Shown here: positions 12,462 through 24,691 of the stretch, one piece after another | Numbering within the stretch: position 1 is the stretch's first letter | Layout: every line of letters begins with the position of its first letter | Source: Azolla caroliniana | Taxonomy: Eukaryota > Plantae > Polypodiophyta | Length of the DNA: 64,000 bases | Assembly: GCA_043228905.1 (NCBI GenBank) | Contig: JBHGNT010000013.1 | Coordinates: forward strand, 2,542,001-2,606,000 | Reading direction: 5' to 3' | Notes under the pieces: model-generated | The model's input: the letters and a program-made list of their open reading frames with translations, nothing else | Databases searched by the model: none | Told to the model about the DNA's origin: nothing | Program-made: the position numbers and the translations under genes

Positions 12462-14247
12462 AGAGGGCTATCAAGGCATGGGGCCACGATAGTCCAAACA
12501 CGCCGGAGGAACCCCACACTTGTACCATAGGTAGGAAATTTTGGCTCCCCAACAACGGAGCCTGTACATTAACTGGCATTAGTAGCAGGGAGAAGAAGGT
12601 GGAGGAGCGGCTTAGGTCATGTGGGGCTCTCCACCCTAATGAAGAAATTAGCATAGCCATGGAGGTGATCTCGTTTGACGATACCTTGGGAGAGCTGTGT
12701 GGCGTAGTCGATGAGGGCCTTAGCGAAGACCGGATGATTCCGGTCAACTTAGTGGAAATGTACGAAGTCATCGCGGACTTTGGGGAAAGGATCAGGTTGG
12801 ATCGGACAACATGCGTAAGTACGAAGTACAAGAATGTGGACCGGAAGGTGAGGCCCGTCGCGGCACCCTTGCTAGAGGATAGCGAGAAGCGTATAAAAGG
12901 GGTCGCGTCAGACCCAAGTTTACGGAATCCGGCTAGCATAGGACACCGGTTCATTGACATAACGCTACAGGAGCTCAAGGTTGGTGGGGGTGGGTTTCTA
13001 TTGCCGACAGAGGAGGACCGGTTTTGGAGGATGCTCGGAAAGCACGGGAAGGCCTTCGCATTCTCGCCGGAGGAGATCGGGTGCGTAGACCTGACGATCA
13101 TAGAACCAATGGTGATCTTCACGGTAGCGCATGTACCGTGGAATCTCAAACCGATTCCGGTGCCTAGAGCTCACATTCCGGAGCTAATGGAGCTGCTGAA
13201 ACAGAAGGTAGAGATGGGCATCCTCGAACCATCGAGTGCCCCATATTCGAATCGGTGGTTTACCGTGCCAAAGAAGAACGGCACACTACGCTTTATATAG
13301 GACCTGCAGCCGGTCAACAAGGTGACCATTCAAAACGCAGGTATCGGGCCGACCATTGATGAGTTCGCGGAGGCCTTTGCAGGGAGGTCGATCTACTCAG
13401 TCGGGGATCTGTACTCAGGGTACGATCAGTTCCAACTAGCCGTAGAGAGTAGGGATATCAGGATGATGCGGACTCCTATCGGCCTAGTTCGGATGTGTAC
13501 CCTACCGCAAGGAGGAACGAACTCAGTGGTGCACATGGTGAATGCGATGGACAAGGTGTTGAGGGATTACATCCCGGACATCAGCATGCCGTTTCTGGAT
13601 GACATCCCGATCAAAGGATGTTCGGTGGAGGACAAGGACGAGTCGGTTGGTCCGGACGGTTGCCAGGGGTTCATGACGGATCACATCCGCAACTGCGAGA
13701 AGGTGCTACAAAGACTCGAGAGCGTGCGGCTCACCTTCTCCGGAGAAAAGTCAGCCTTCGGACAACCGGAGATCCTGGTAGTCGGACACCTATGCAGGTC
13801 TTACAGCCGGAAGCCATCCCCGGTGAAGGTAGAAGCCATCTCTGCGATGAAGGATGATTGCGGGTTGGTTACAGAGGTCCAAAGGTTCCTGGGGGCATGT
13901 GCGTTCTATCATATCTACATTCCGCACTACTCGCATGTCGCAGAACTGCTTTACGGGTTATTGAAGAAAGGGCGCTAGTTTGAATGGAGGACAGAGCACA
14001 CGGAGTCGGTCCAGAGACTAAAGGAGGTGCTCGCCACGACATCGGCTCTCCGGAAAGCGGTTTACGATCAGGAAGTCCCCATTTACATGACAGTGAACAC
14101 GAGCCCGATCGGGATCGGGTGGGTGATCAATCAGGAAGACAAGGACGGCGTACGGTTCCCGATCCGTTTTGGGGCAAAGGTATTGAGCGAGCGGCAGTGA
14201 GGATACGCCCAAATTAAGCACGGGCTATGGGGTATTGTTTCGGCAAT
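12459..14247 (+). pseudogene. Gypsy A pol: RT and start of RNase H
   Basis: YKNVDRKVRPV, DLYSGYDQ, LPQGGTNS and PFLDDIPIKG. Confidence 0.9.
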
Positions 14248-14718
14248 TGTTATGTACACATAACGTTGGTGAGGGTAGGTCACTAATATTTACATTAGTG
14301 AAGGGTATGTTCACTATTATTAAAAAGGGGACTAATGATTGGATAGAATGAATGATATGTGCATGCACTATCATGATTTAGACAACCAATGAATAGAGAG
14401 CCTTTTAGAAAGGCACATCTATTCAAGGGGCCTAGGAAAAGGTATAAATATGAGGCTTAGCTACCCTCATAGGGATCACGTCGGAAGGCTGCTGTCGTAG
14501 ACACCGGTGGTGCGGGCTAGGCTTTCGTCTCGACGATCGTGTTTATCTCTTCCAAGGTATTAGTCATCCTAATATCCGGCGGTATGGGACGTCGGTGGTA
14601 GGTTGGCTATGTCTAGATCATAGCTCGGGGGTGGTCGGGTGGAACGGGTTCTTCTATCCAATCTATTTTCTTCCTTTTTACTTGATTTGGTCTATTGATT
14701 AGTAATAGACTCTTAACA
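14248..14718 (+). repeat. 5' LTR of the Reina-like element
   Basis: TGTTATG...TTAACA. Confidence 0.97.
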
Positions 14719-15184
14719 GTGGTATCAGAGCACTACTTAACTCTTATGAGTAGTGCCTTATTTTATCATTTTATCATCACGTTTGCTTATTGCTCGCAAG
14801 ACTAGAATATTACTTGTGAGTGCACTTGTTTTTTCACGTAATACACTTTCTCGACCATATAATACATGATGGGTTGGCATTAATATAAGGCTATCTAGGA
14901 AATTTCATTGATGTAAGAACCATGGTTGAGCCTCGGGGAGCCGCCATGATTACTCAAGATAGAGATCCGAGAAATACATCTTAGCTATGTTTTCCCCCAT
15001 GGTTTTTAAAACACCATAGTGTTACCATAGTTATCGGATCTCGAATCACATCTCATATGTCTAGAGGGGTAAAGACATGAGATACTTTCTTGGATAAAGT
15101 TCTTTCAATCAAAATTTCAAGTATTCATTTTGCTTGTGTATTTTCTGAACCTCCTTATTTTATTGCATACCCACAGCGTGCATC

Positions 15185-18100
15185 ATGGAACAAGTTTTGA
15201 ACGCAGTTGGAACGATCTCTCCAAATGAGACCTCTCAACCCCAATCCGCATCTCGCACACAAGCTGAGATCACTATTGAGCAATTGCTCACTACTACCTT
15301 GAATCAATTGGCCGAAATGAGACAGGCCAATGTGGCATTGGAAAAGAAATTCCAAGAATTAACTATTGAGTCCAAGAAAGAAGGTGAACCTTCCTTCGTA
15401 GTCACGCCTTTCAAGGGAGATAAGAAAGAAAGAACCGAGGAGGCCATTAGCACTTGGCTTGGTCATTGGGAGTCTCACTTTGAGCTTCATCCCAAGCCCG
15501 ATGCAGTAAAAATTGGTTATGTCGGTCGTGAGTTAGGTGGCCGAGCTGCTGCTTGGTGGCGTGGCCTAAGGACTGCAAAAAACTTACCCACAACTTGGGA
15601 AGGTTTCGTTGATGTTTTTAAGAAACAATTCTTGCAGCCACCTTCTCAAACCGAACAAGCGCAACACTTGCTCACATTGTCTAGTAAGCCATTTACCTCT
15701 CTCGAGGATTATGTGCATCACGCTCGGACCCAGATCCAAAAATCGGGACTTACGGGTGAGAAATGGTTTGTCGCTTGTTTTTTTAATGGTATTCCCAATG
15801 GGGATTATCATTGGATTGTCCATGACAAGGACCCCACAACTTTCGAGGAAGCCGTCAACATTGTGCTGCGATACCATAGGACTTCCAAGAAAGACCACAA
15901 TAAACCTGAGTTCGCCAAAACTCCGAATGTCAAGTTCATTGGGAAACGTAAGCAATCCAGTGACACTCTTGACCGCGACTCAAAGAAACCGAACCTCTTC
16001 TGTGCATATTGCAAGAAGCGGGGCCACACAAAGGACACTTGTCGTCGTCTTGAGAGGAAGTCAATGAACACCCCTCCTCAAGACAAATCTACGAGTCACA
16101 CAGGTGAGTCTTTTGATATTGTTGAAGTTCATACCAATCACTTAAGTTTATGTGAATGCACTTTTCCTTCACATTTACTTGGACCTAATGATTTACTCCG
16201 AGCAGTCGGATATATCAATGGAACACAAGCACATTTCTTGTTTGATTCCGGTAGTTCTCACAATTTTCTTAATGATCACTTTGTGCAGCAAATGGAGCTC
16301 CACATAAACGCAAGTGATCATATCTATCAAGTTCACATGGCAAATGGAAACGTTCAATACATCAGTGGCATTGTTTGTCAACTGCCAATTCAAATAGATA
16401 CTTATTTGGAGAAGCTTGACTTTCATGTTATGAAATTACAATCCGCAGATGTCATTTTAGGATATCCTTGGTTTTTTAATAAAAACCCTTCTTTGTCCAT
16501 TGATTGGGTTAATCACTCAATCACATTTGAACTTAATAATTGTAAACATTTTATTCAATGTTCCAAACTTCCTTCTCATTCACTTGTGTCTTCTAAATCT
16601 TTAAGTGAGTATTCTAGTTCATTAATTTATTCGTGTGTAATTGATCCTGCGGTTCAATTTTATTATTTTAATATTGACGCCACACAATTACCACATTTTG
16701 AGCAACGATTACTCGACTCTATTTTAGAGGATTTTCAAGATGTGTTTCCTACTGAATTACCGCTTACTTTACCACCTAAACGTAATGTGGACCATCAAAT
16801 TGAACTCATCCCTGGGGCTGCTCCTGTGAGCATTCCACCTTACCGACTTAGTCGATTAGAAGAGGATGAGATCGCTAAACAACTTAAGGAATACTTGAGT
16901 ATGGGCCACATTAGGTATAGTAAATCACCTTGGGGTGCGCCAGTTCTATTAGTCAAGAAGAAGGAAGGTTCGTGGCGAATGTGTATCAATTATCGCCGTT
17001 TGAATAAAATGACAATTAAGAATGCATATCCATTACCTCGTGCTGATGATTTGATTGATCGTTTGCACGGGGCTCGATATTTTACGAAAATTGACTTACG
17101 AACTGGTTATCATCAGATTCGCATCGCCGAGGATGATATTCCTAAAACCGCTTTTCGTACGCGCTATGGCCATTATGAGTTTTTAGTCATGCCATTTGGG
17201 TTGACTAATGCTCCAGCCACATTCCAACAAACGATGAATGATGTTTTCCGAGATCAACTCGGTGATTTTGTTGTCGTCTTCTTGGATGATATTTTGATAT
17301 ATAGCCGTACCTTGCAAGATCATGTTCAACATGTTCGATTTGTTTTGCGAAAGTTGCGTGACAACTCTTTCTATGCAAAACATTCAAAATGTGACTTCTT
17401 CCAAAAATCTATTGTGTACCTAGGTCATTTACTTATAGAAAATGGCGTTGAAATTGAACCTTCTCGTATTGAAAAGGTTAAACTTTGGCCCATTCCTCGT
17501 AATATTCGTGAACTTAGATCATTCTTAGGGTTTGTTGGATTTTTACGAAAATCAATTCGTAACTATTCCAAATTGACTACGCCATTAACTGACCTTTTAA
17601 AAGGTCATCCACGTAAGTCTGTCAAACCAATTTCATGGAATGAACAACTTGACAAATCATTTGAGACACTCAAGGAGCATGTGTGTCAGGCTCCCACTCT
17701 TCTATTACCAGACCCTTCTAAGCCTTTCTCAATTGAAACCGATGCTAGTGATTATGCTATTGGTGCCGTTCTTTATCAAGGTGGGCACCCTATTGCTTTT
17801 GAAAGTAAGAAGCTTGATGCTGCTCAATCTCGGTATTCGGTTCAAGAGAAAGAGTTGTTTGCGGTGATACACGCACTTAAAACATGGAGGCACTATCTCT
17901 ATGGAAATAAATTTGTGGTTACAACAGACCATCAATCATTAAAGTATTTTTGTGACCAGCCCGATCTTGTTGGTCGTAAAGGCCGTTGGGCTGACCTTAT
18001 GCAAGATTTTGATTTTTCCATACGCTATCGCAAGGGTTCTATGAACACCATTGCTGATGCTCTTAGTCGCATTAAAGAAGTTAACATGCTTAGCTTCACG

Positions 18101-19588
18101 GAAATAAAATCTGATCTTTTAGATCACCTTCGAGGGAAATACCTTGATGACAGTTATTTCTCAAAATACTGGACGAAAGTCGAATCTGGTTAAGATGCCG
18201 ATACTAGCACCCTACCCTCGAAGGCGACCTTTCACATTACAAACGGTTTGCTCTACCGTAGTGGAAAGGTCTGTGTTCCAGATTTACCAAATGTTAAACA
18301 GAAAATTTTTCATGAATGTCATGATGCACCATCTGCTGGTCATCCTGGAATACAACGCACACTCGTTCTCATTTCGTGTACTTTTTTCTGGCCTAAGATG
18401 CACTCTGACGTGCATAAATACGTAACTCAATGCTTACAATGTCAGATTAATAAGTCGGAACGACTTAAAGCTGCTGGTCTTTTACATCCCTTAGATATTC
18501 CCAACAATAAATGGGAAAGTATCTCGATGGATTTTATTGTTAGTTTACCTCGTACACAGAGGGGTCATGATGCCATATGGGTTGTCGTTGACAGGCTAAC
18601 AAAATTAGCTAGATTTATTCCTACAAAAACCACGGTAACCGCTCAACAGTTGGCTTATCAATTTGTTGATGAGTTATTTCGTTTTTATGGATTACCGATG
18701 GATATTGTTAGTGATCGAGATTCCAAGTTTACCAGTGACTTTTGGACTCAGGTCTTTAAGAAACTAGAAACTACGTTGAGCATGAGTTCCGCAGATCATC
18801 CTCAGTCTGATGGACAAACTGAACGAGTTAATCAAATTATTGAGGACATGCTTCGAGCTTATGTAGCAAAAACCCCTTCTAAGTGGGAGCAATACCTTCC
18901 TATCTTAGAATTTGCCTATAATAGCTCTAAACATACATCCACTGGATATAGTCCTTTTATGTTGATGTATGGTTTTCAGCCACGTGCCCCAGTTGATGTC
19001 ACGATTCATCGTGATACATTAGACAGTACATGCAATTTTTTGCAAGACATGAACCAAATGTTGCATATTGCCAAAGAAAATGTCAAGACAGCTCAAGATC
19101 GTGCTCGATTTTATGCTGATCAGGATAGACGTCCTCGTGCATTTACTATTGGTCAAAAAGTTTTTTTGCGTGTCCCGACTGATTCTACGTCATTATCTAC
19201 GGGCAAGTGCGCTAAGTTAGCCCCACGATATTGTGGCCCATTTGAAATCCTTAAGCGAGTTGGGTCATCTGCTTATCACCTTGCCTTACCTCGTAACATT
19301 GGTATTCATCCTGTTTTTCACGTCAGTCGTCTAAAACCATTTTTAGGCTCTGGTGATAACACCATCACAATCCAAGATCTTGTAACATTAGAGGATTTTT
19401 CTTACAAACCTCATGTTCCTGAACGAATTCTTGATTCTCGTACTAAACGTTTACGTTCTAAAGAGATTCGGCTATTCAAGATCAAATGGATGGATAAACC
19501 TATTGATGATGCCACATGGGAACGCGAGCATTCGCTTAAGGCACAATTTCCTCACTTTATATTGCAAGAGTGCAATCTTTTGAAGTAG
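15185..19588 (+). CDS. Gag-Pol polyprotein (gag, CCHC, PR, RT, RH, INT, chromodomain) with one in-frame stop at 18191-18193
   Basis: ORFs 15185-18193 and 18248-19588 share a frame. Motifs: [48 protein letters not shown] and PERILD..IKW..ATWE. Confidence 0.93.
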
Positions 19589-19595
19589 GGGAGTA

Positions 19596-20066
19596 TGTTA
19601 TGTACACATAACGTTGGTGAGGGTAGGTCACTAATATTTACATTAGTGAAGGGTATGCTCACTATTATTAAAAAGGGGACTAATGATTGGATAGAATGAA
19701 TGATATGTGCATGCACTATCATGATTTAGACAACCAATGAATAGAGAGCCTTTTAGAAAGGCACACCTATTCAAGGGGCCTAGGAAAAGGTATAAATATG
19801 AGGCTTAGCTACCCTCGTAGGGATCACGTCGGAAGGCTGCTGTCGTAGACACCGGTGGTGCGGGCTAGGCTTTCGTCTCGACGATCGTGTTTATCTCTTC
19901 CAAGGTATTAGTCATCCTAATATCCGGCGGTATGGGACGTCGGTGGTAGGTTGGCTATGTCTAGATCATAGGTCGGGGGTGGTCGGGTGGAACGGGTTCT
20001 TCTATCCAATCTATTTTCTTCCTTTTTACTTGATTTGGTCTATTGATTAGTAATAGACTCTTAACA
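19596..20066 (+). repeat. 3' LTR of the Reina-like element
   Basis: Near-identical to 14248-14718. Confidence 0.97.
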
Positions 20067-20071
20067 GCAAT

Positions 20072-21760
20072 CAAGGCCAATAAGGACTATCTGATCGGGA
20101 CGGAAGTGATCATTGAGACAAACTGCCTGCCGATTGTGAGTATGGTTTCCGGATGCGCGACTCCGGACCTAGCGATGCTCAGGTGGATCGCATACATCAA
20201 GTCCCGGAACCCGGAGATATGGCACATCTCCGTAAAAGATAATGCCATGGCCGATATTCTTTCAAGGGCGCGGTTCAGCGACGAGGATGGTATGGTTTCG
20301 GATGATGAAGAAGTCGGCGAGGACTTCTTCGGGTCAACTAACGTGGCAACAAGTTCGACGAGAGTGCTTAACAAGTTCGACGAGAGCAAATACGACGGGG
20401 AGTGGCTCCAAATAGGAAGGTTCCTGCGGACAATGACGCCGGACGTGGTGTGGACTAAAGAAGAGGCCAATCGAGTGCGGAAGAAGGCCTACCAATTCTT
20501 CCTATGAGGAGGACGCATATGGAGGCATCCAGACAAGCGTAGCGGCACCCCACTCCGCGTAGTGGCAAGGGAAGACGAGCAGAAAGCGTTGCTTATGGCA
20601 TATCATGACAGTCCTTGGGCAGGACACCGCGGGACATGGGCTACGTTCGAGAAGCTCAAGGGTAAGTTTTGGTGGCTGGGGTTGTACCAGCACGTGCATC
20701 ATTTTGTGACGACTTGTAAGAGTTGCCATATGCACTCTACAGTCCGACATCGAGATGAGCTTCATCCAACCTACCCACCAACCGTCCACTTCAAATGGAT
20801 GGTGGATTTAGTGACTATGCCAATGGGGGTAGGACAAATGCAGTATCTGGTGCTAGCCCGAGAGCACCTGACAAATCAAGTGGAAGGCCGCGCACTGCAG
20901 AACAAGACGACCGTGGCTGTGTGCCGGTTTCTAATAGAAGATGTGATATGCCGGTACGGGTGCGTTGGGAAGATCATATCAGATCAGGGAAAGCTAGACG
21001 CGCGGGAAGCTAAGGAGTTGTTTGACCGACTGGGGGTCAAACTCTCCCTCACTATGGCATACAATCCGGAGGCAAATGGGAAAGTGGAACGAGGCCACGG
21101 GCCTATTGTGAAGGCTTTAGTGCGTGCATCCGAAGGACATGTCGGGAATTGGCCGCAGCTCCTTCCTTACGCACTATGGGCGGATCAAACTACGCATAGT
21201 TCGGTGACGGGGTTCATGCTAGCGGAGCTGATGTACGGGCAGAAGCCAATCATGCCAGCGGAGAAAACAATCACTTCGTGGGCCGCAATGGACTGGAAGA
21301 ACGAGATGAGCCGGGAAGAGTTGTTGGCAGCAAGGATCTGGGAACTTGAGCGAAGACCAGAAGACGTGGAACGGGCGAAGGAAAGGCTGCGTACAGCATG
21401 AGAAAAGAACAAAGGCTGGTTCAACCGTACTCACCGACTGAGGCCGAGGAAGATCGAGGAAGGTGACTACGTGCTGGTGTACGACAATAGCCTCGACAAT
21501 CAGCACAAGGCGGTGCGTAAGTTTGCGAGGAGGTAGTTTGGGCCCTATACAGTAACAAGTGTGAACGACAACGACACGTATCATCTCTCGGAGCTCGACG
21601 GGACACGGATGGCGGTGCCGGTGGCAAGGAAAAGGGTCAAGGTATTCAAGAAACGGCAAGAGGGAGAGCCAGTCCTGAAACGCGTGACCGACGACGACGA
21701 CCGGCCGAAACATACAAGGATCCGGGCAATGACGGGTGAACGTGGGACGGTTTTCTCCGA
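20072..21760 (+). pseudogene. Gypsy A pol: end of RNase H and integrase
   Basis: NAMADILSR, HDSPWAGH..CKSC, ISDQGKLDA, PEANGKVERGH and GPY. Confidence 0.9.
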
Positions 21761-21812
21761 CCTGTGCTATATTTGGCATGTACCGGTGGACGCGCGGTTT
21801 GGTGGGTGTGGA

Positions 21813-22458
21813 TGTCATGGAGAAAACCGTCCCTAGGAGGAAACAAAAGAAACTGTGCACAAACCGGCCCTTCTATGTGTGGGCATGTGAATTGATAACT
21901 TGTACATAATTATGTGTAGGGCGGCCGATGTAAATATACTAGGTGCGACATATTTATTAGGAAATCGATGCGTATCTCTACCCGAAGGGACAGAGAATAA
22001 AGTAATGTGACCATGACTGAACGAGAATGGTCTCTCCCCAACGACCTATATAAGGAAGAAGAGAAGGAAGAACAGATCATCATGCTTTAGCGAGGACGAA
22101 GTGTTGCCGAACTGCGTGCCAAGCTCTCTCTCTCCTCCTTCGGTTGTCTTTCTCTGCGGGTTTTGGAGATCGTCGCCTCTGCTTCCTGGACAGCCCGTGC
22201 GCTTCCAACAAAGGCTCTCCCTTCGCGTTTCTGTGTTTGGCGTGTGACATCTGTGTGTGTGTGTGGACTCCTGTGTAGGGTCGGTTGCCGGTGTGCCGGT
22301 TGTAATCGTTACTGGTGTTATAATCGAATTGTTCTATTTTCTCTCTATCTCTTTCATTGTGTTCAGCGAAACGCTCTCTCTCTCCTCTCTCACGCTCCTT
22401 GGTTCAGGGCCCCCGCGGTCCCGTCTCATTTCACCCGCAAAAGCGTAGTAACACGACA
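21813..22458 (+). repeat. 3' LTR of Gypsy A
   Basis: Direct repeat of 9648-10297. Confidence 0.95.
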
Positions 22459-22462
22459 CCAT

Positions 22463-23620
22463 GTTCTCGGCATAGTCAGAATCGGCTGAGGTTGTCAGTC
22501 CGAAAGTCAGCTATGCATCTAGGGTTCCTTTTAGATACCTAAGGATGTGCTTAACAACGTCCTAATGCTTCTTTTCTGGGTTTGACATGTACCGGCTAAC
22601 CACCCCTATGGCATAGGTTAGGTCGGGTCGGGTCGCCACCATAGCGTACATGATACTTCCTACTGTAGATGCGTAGGGCATTTTTCCATTGAGTTCTCTC
22701 TCCTTGTCCGTCGAAGGAGAGTCTCTGTCCAATAGTCTGATTGACGTCAGAAGCAGTGTCGGTACTGGCTTCGCATTCTCCATTTTGAAGCGCTTCAACA
22801 CCTTGCGTATGTATTCGGACTGGGAGAGTCAGAGAGTTTTCGTCATCCAATTTCGCTCTATCCTCATGCCTAGTATGTGTCGGGCTTGTCTGAGTTCCTT
22901 CATCGCAAACTTTGCGTGAAGGCTCCGCTTCAGCTTACCGATCTCTGCTTGATTGCTTCTTGCAATCAACATGTCATCAATGTATAGGATCAGATAGATC
23001 CTTGACTCGTCGGCTAGTTGTTGAACATACATGCATGGGTCGGAGTCTGTTCTGTTGTATCCAAGCTGCCTTATGTAGCAGTCAAAACTCTGGAACCACA
23101 TTCTTGGCGCTTGTTTTAGGCCATATAGACTTTTCTTTAGCCGACATACGAGGTGACTGTCCTCCCTCGTCGCCATGAAGCCTGGCCGTTTGAGACATGT
23201 ATATGTCTTCATCCATATCTCCATGTAGGAATGTCGTCTTTACGCCCATTTGCTCGAGCTCTAGATCTTCTGTCGCCACGACTCCTAGTAGGAGTCAGAG
23301 GGTGGTCATCTTGACTACTAGTGAGAATATCTCGTTGTAGTCGACCCCGTATTCCTGTTTGAATCCCTTTGTGACAAGCTGAGCTTTGTACTTGGGTTTC
23401 TCTAAGTCAGATACATGTATCGGAAAACCCATTTGCAAGGTAGCAGCTTCCTTCCAGCTGGTAGTTCGACCAGCTCCCATGTCTGATTCTGATGAATCAA
23501 GTCCATTTCGGATTTCATGGCTTGTAGCCATGTTTCGGCATCCGGTGCGGCCATAGCTTCTTCATAAGTGCTTGGTTCGCCTGCATCCGTGGAGTTGACA
23601 TAGTTGAGGCCCGGTTGATA
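22463..23620 (-). pseudogene. Copia B reverse transcriptase remnant
   Basis: [21 protein letters not shown] and TRPDLTYAIGVVSRY. Confidence 0.9.
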
Positions 23621-23659
23621 AAATCTCGAGATGAAACTTCCATGTACATTTCTGAGATA

Positions 23660-23805
23660 AGTTTGATCCTGGCTCAAGATGAACACGGGCAACATGCCTA
23701 ACACATGCAAGTCGGACGGGAAGCATCTTCATGGTGTTTCTAGTGGTGGATGGGTGAGTAACGCGTGAGAACCTGCCCTCGGGAGGGGGACAACAGCTGG
23801 AAACG
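23660..23805 (+). pseudogene. rrn16: Plastid 16S rRNA 5' fragment (NUPT), 146 bp, decayed
   Basis: AGTTTGATCCTGGCTCA..AACACATGCAAGTCGGACGGGAAG..TGGTGTTTC..GGGTGAGTAACGCGT..AACCTGCCC..AACAGCTGGAAACG, with the short plastid-type V1 region. Confidence 0.9.
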
Positions 23806-23901
23806 TTTTCGTGGTGTGGCATGTGTAGTGTGAGAAAAAGCGAAGCTTCATGCACATCTCATAAAGTAATAAATGAATGAAAATATAATAATAAGAATAA
23901 A

Positions 23902-23974
23902 GTTGTAGTAGTTTAGTACTTAGGGCTTATAAGTGTACATGGAGAGGTGTAGAGTTCGAGTCCCTCTTGTTACA
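23902..23974 (+). other. Degenerate tRNA-like sequence in the solo LTR
   Basis: An A-box-like TAGTTTAGTACTTAGG at 23909 and GTTCGAGTCC at 23954 sit at tRNA positions 8 and 53. Partial acceptor and T stems are present. Confidence 0.55.
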
Positions 23975-24691
23975 AATCAAGTAATATTTTGCTCCCCTTC
24001 CATTTTTGTGATAAATAAATAAATAAATAAAAGCATGCAATGTAAAAATAGGCGCCTCTTTCCTCTATAAGAGTGGAGGAATAGGGCTTATTCGAGGGTC
24101 GCCCATTTTTCCTTAGGGGTGTACCACTAGGTTTTCATCTCCTCATATCCTTCTTGGGTTAGGGTTTATAGCCTCCCTTTCTCCTTCTTCTTTTCCTTCT
24201 AAGGTTAGGGTTTAAGAGCTTCTTTCTACTTTTCTTCTTTTTTCCTCAACATACTAGAGGAGTTAGGATTTTAGGGTTTGAGGGCTGAATGATTGATACA
24301 TTTTAAGTTTTAAGATGAGATATTTCCCTCAAATAAGATTAAGATAGTATGAGAAATTGAATAATACTTAATTATATTAATTGCATAAACAAATCTTCGA
24401 GTAAGAGAGTATGCAAGATCGAATAATGATTAATTATGCTTATGAGTAAGAACGCTTAGAGTAAGAGAGTATGAATAGCACTAAACTATATCTATACTTA
24501 AGAAAAACTTAAATTAAGAGAGTATGAGAGAGGAAACATTGAGAGTTTTTATTAGTAAATCATCCATAGAATGGACTTATTTGATACATGATTTTTTTAT
24601 ATCCCTCTTTAGGGCTAAGAGTATGAGAGAGGAAACATAAATCTTTTATTCTTCAAATCCCTATCCATCTCCCCCTCTCCTTCTTAAGAAT

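Larger units (their letters stand above)
14248..20066 (+). mobile_element. Young chromovirus (Reina-like Gypsy, 5819 bp) nested in the RNase H of Gypsy A
   Basis: 471-bp LTRs with about 4 differences by eye; perfect TSD GCAAT; PBS TGGTATCAGAGC 14720-14731; PPT 19584-19595; C-terminal chromodomain. Confidence 0.95.
9648..22458 (+). mobile_element. Full-length non-chromovirus Ty3/Gypsy element A (tRNA-Trp PBS, 4-bp TSD), decayed
   Basis: LTRs 9648-10297 and 21813-22458; TSD CCGT/CCAT. Removing it restores the host frame DSDYAENTDNRKS. Domain order is gag-PR-RT-RH-INT. Confidence 0.93.

Noticed and set aside
12301-13149. 282-aa antisense ORF and similar antisense ORFs over pol genes
   Set aside because: They are shadows of GC-rich coding frames, broken in the sister copy and without recognisable motifs.
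23660-23805. Functional 16S rRNA gene or bacterial contamination
   Set aside because: It is only 146 bp, plastid-type, carries transition mutations and is embedded in nuclear retroelements.
24158-24282. Interstitial telomere array
   Set aside because: Only three dispersed TAGGGTTT telo-box-like motifs inside an LTR, not a tandem array.
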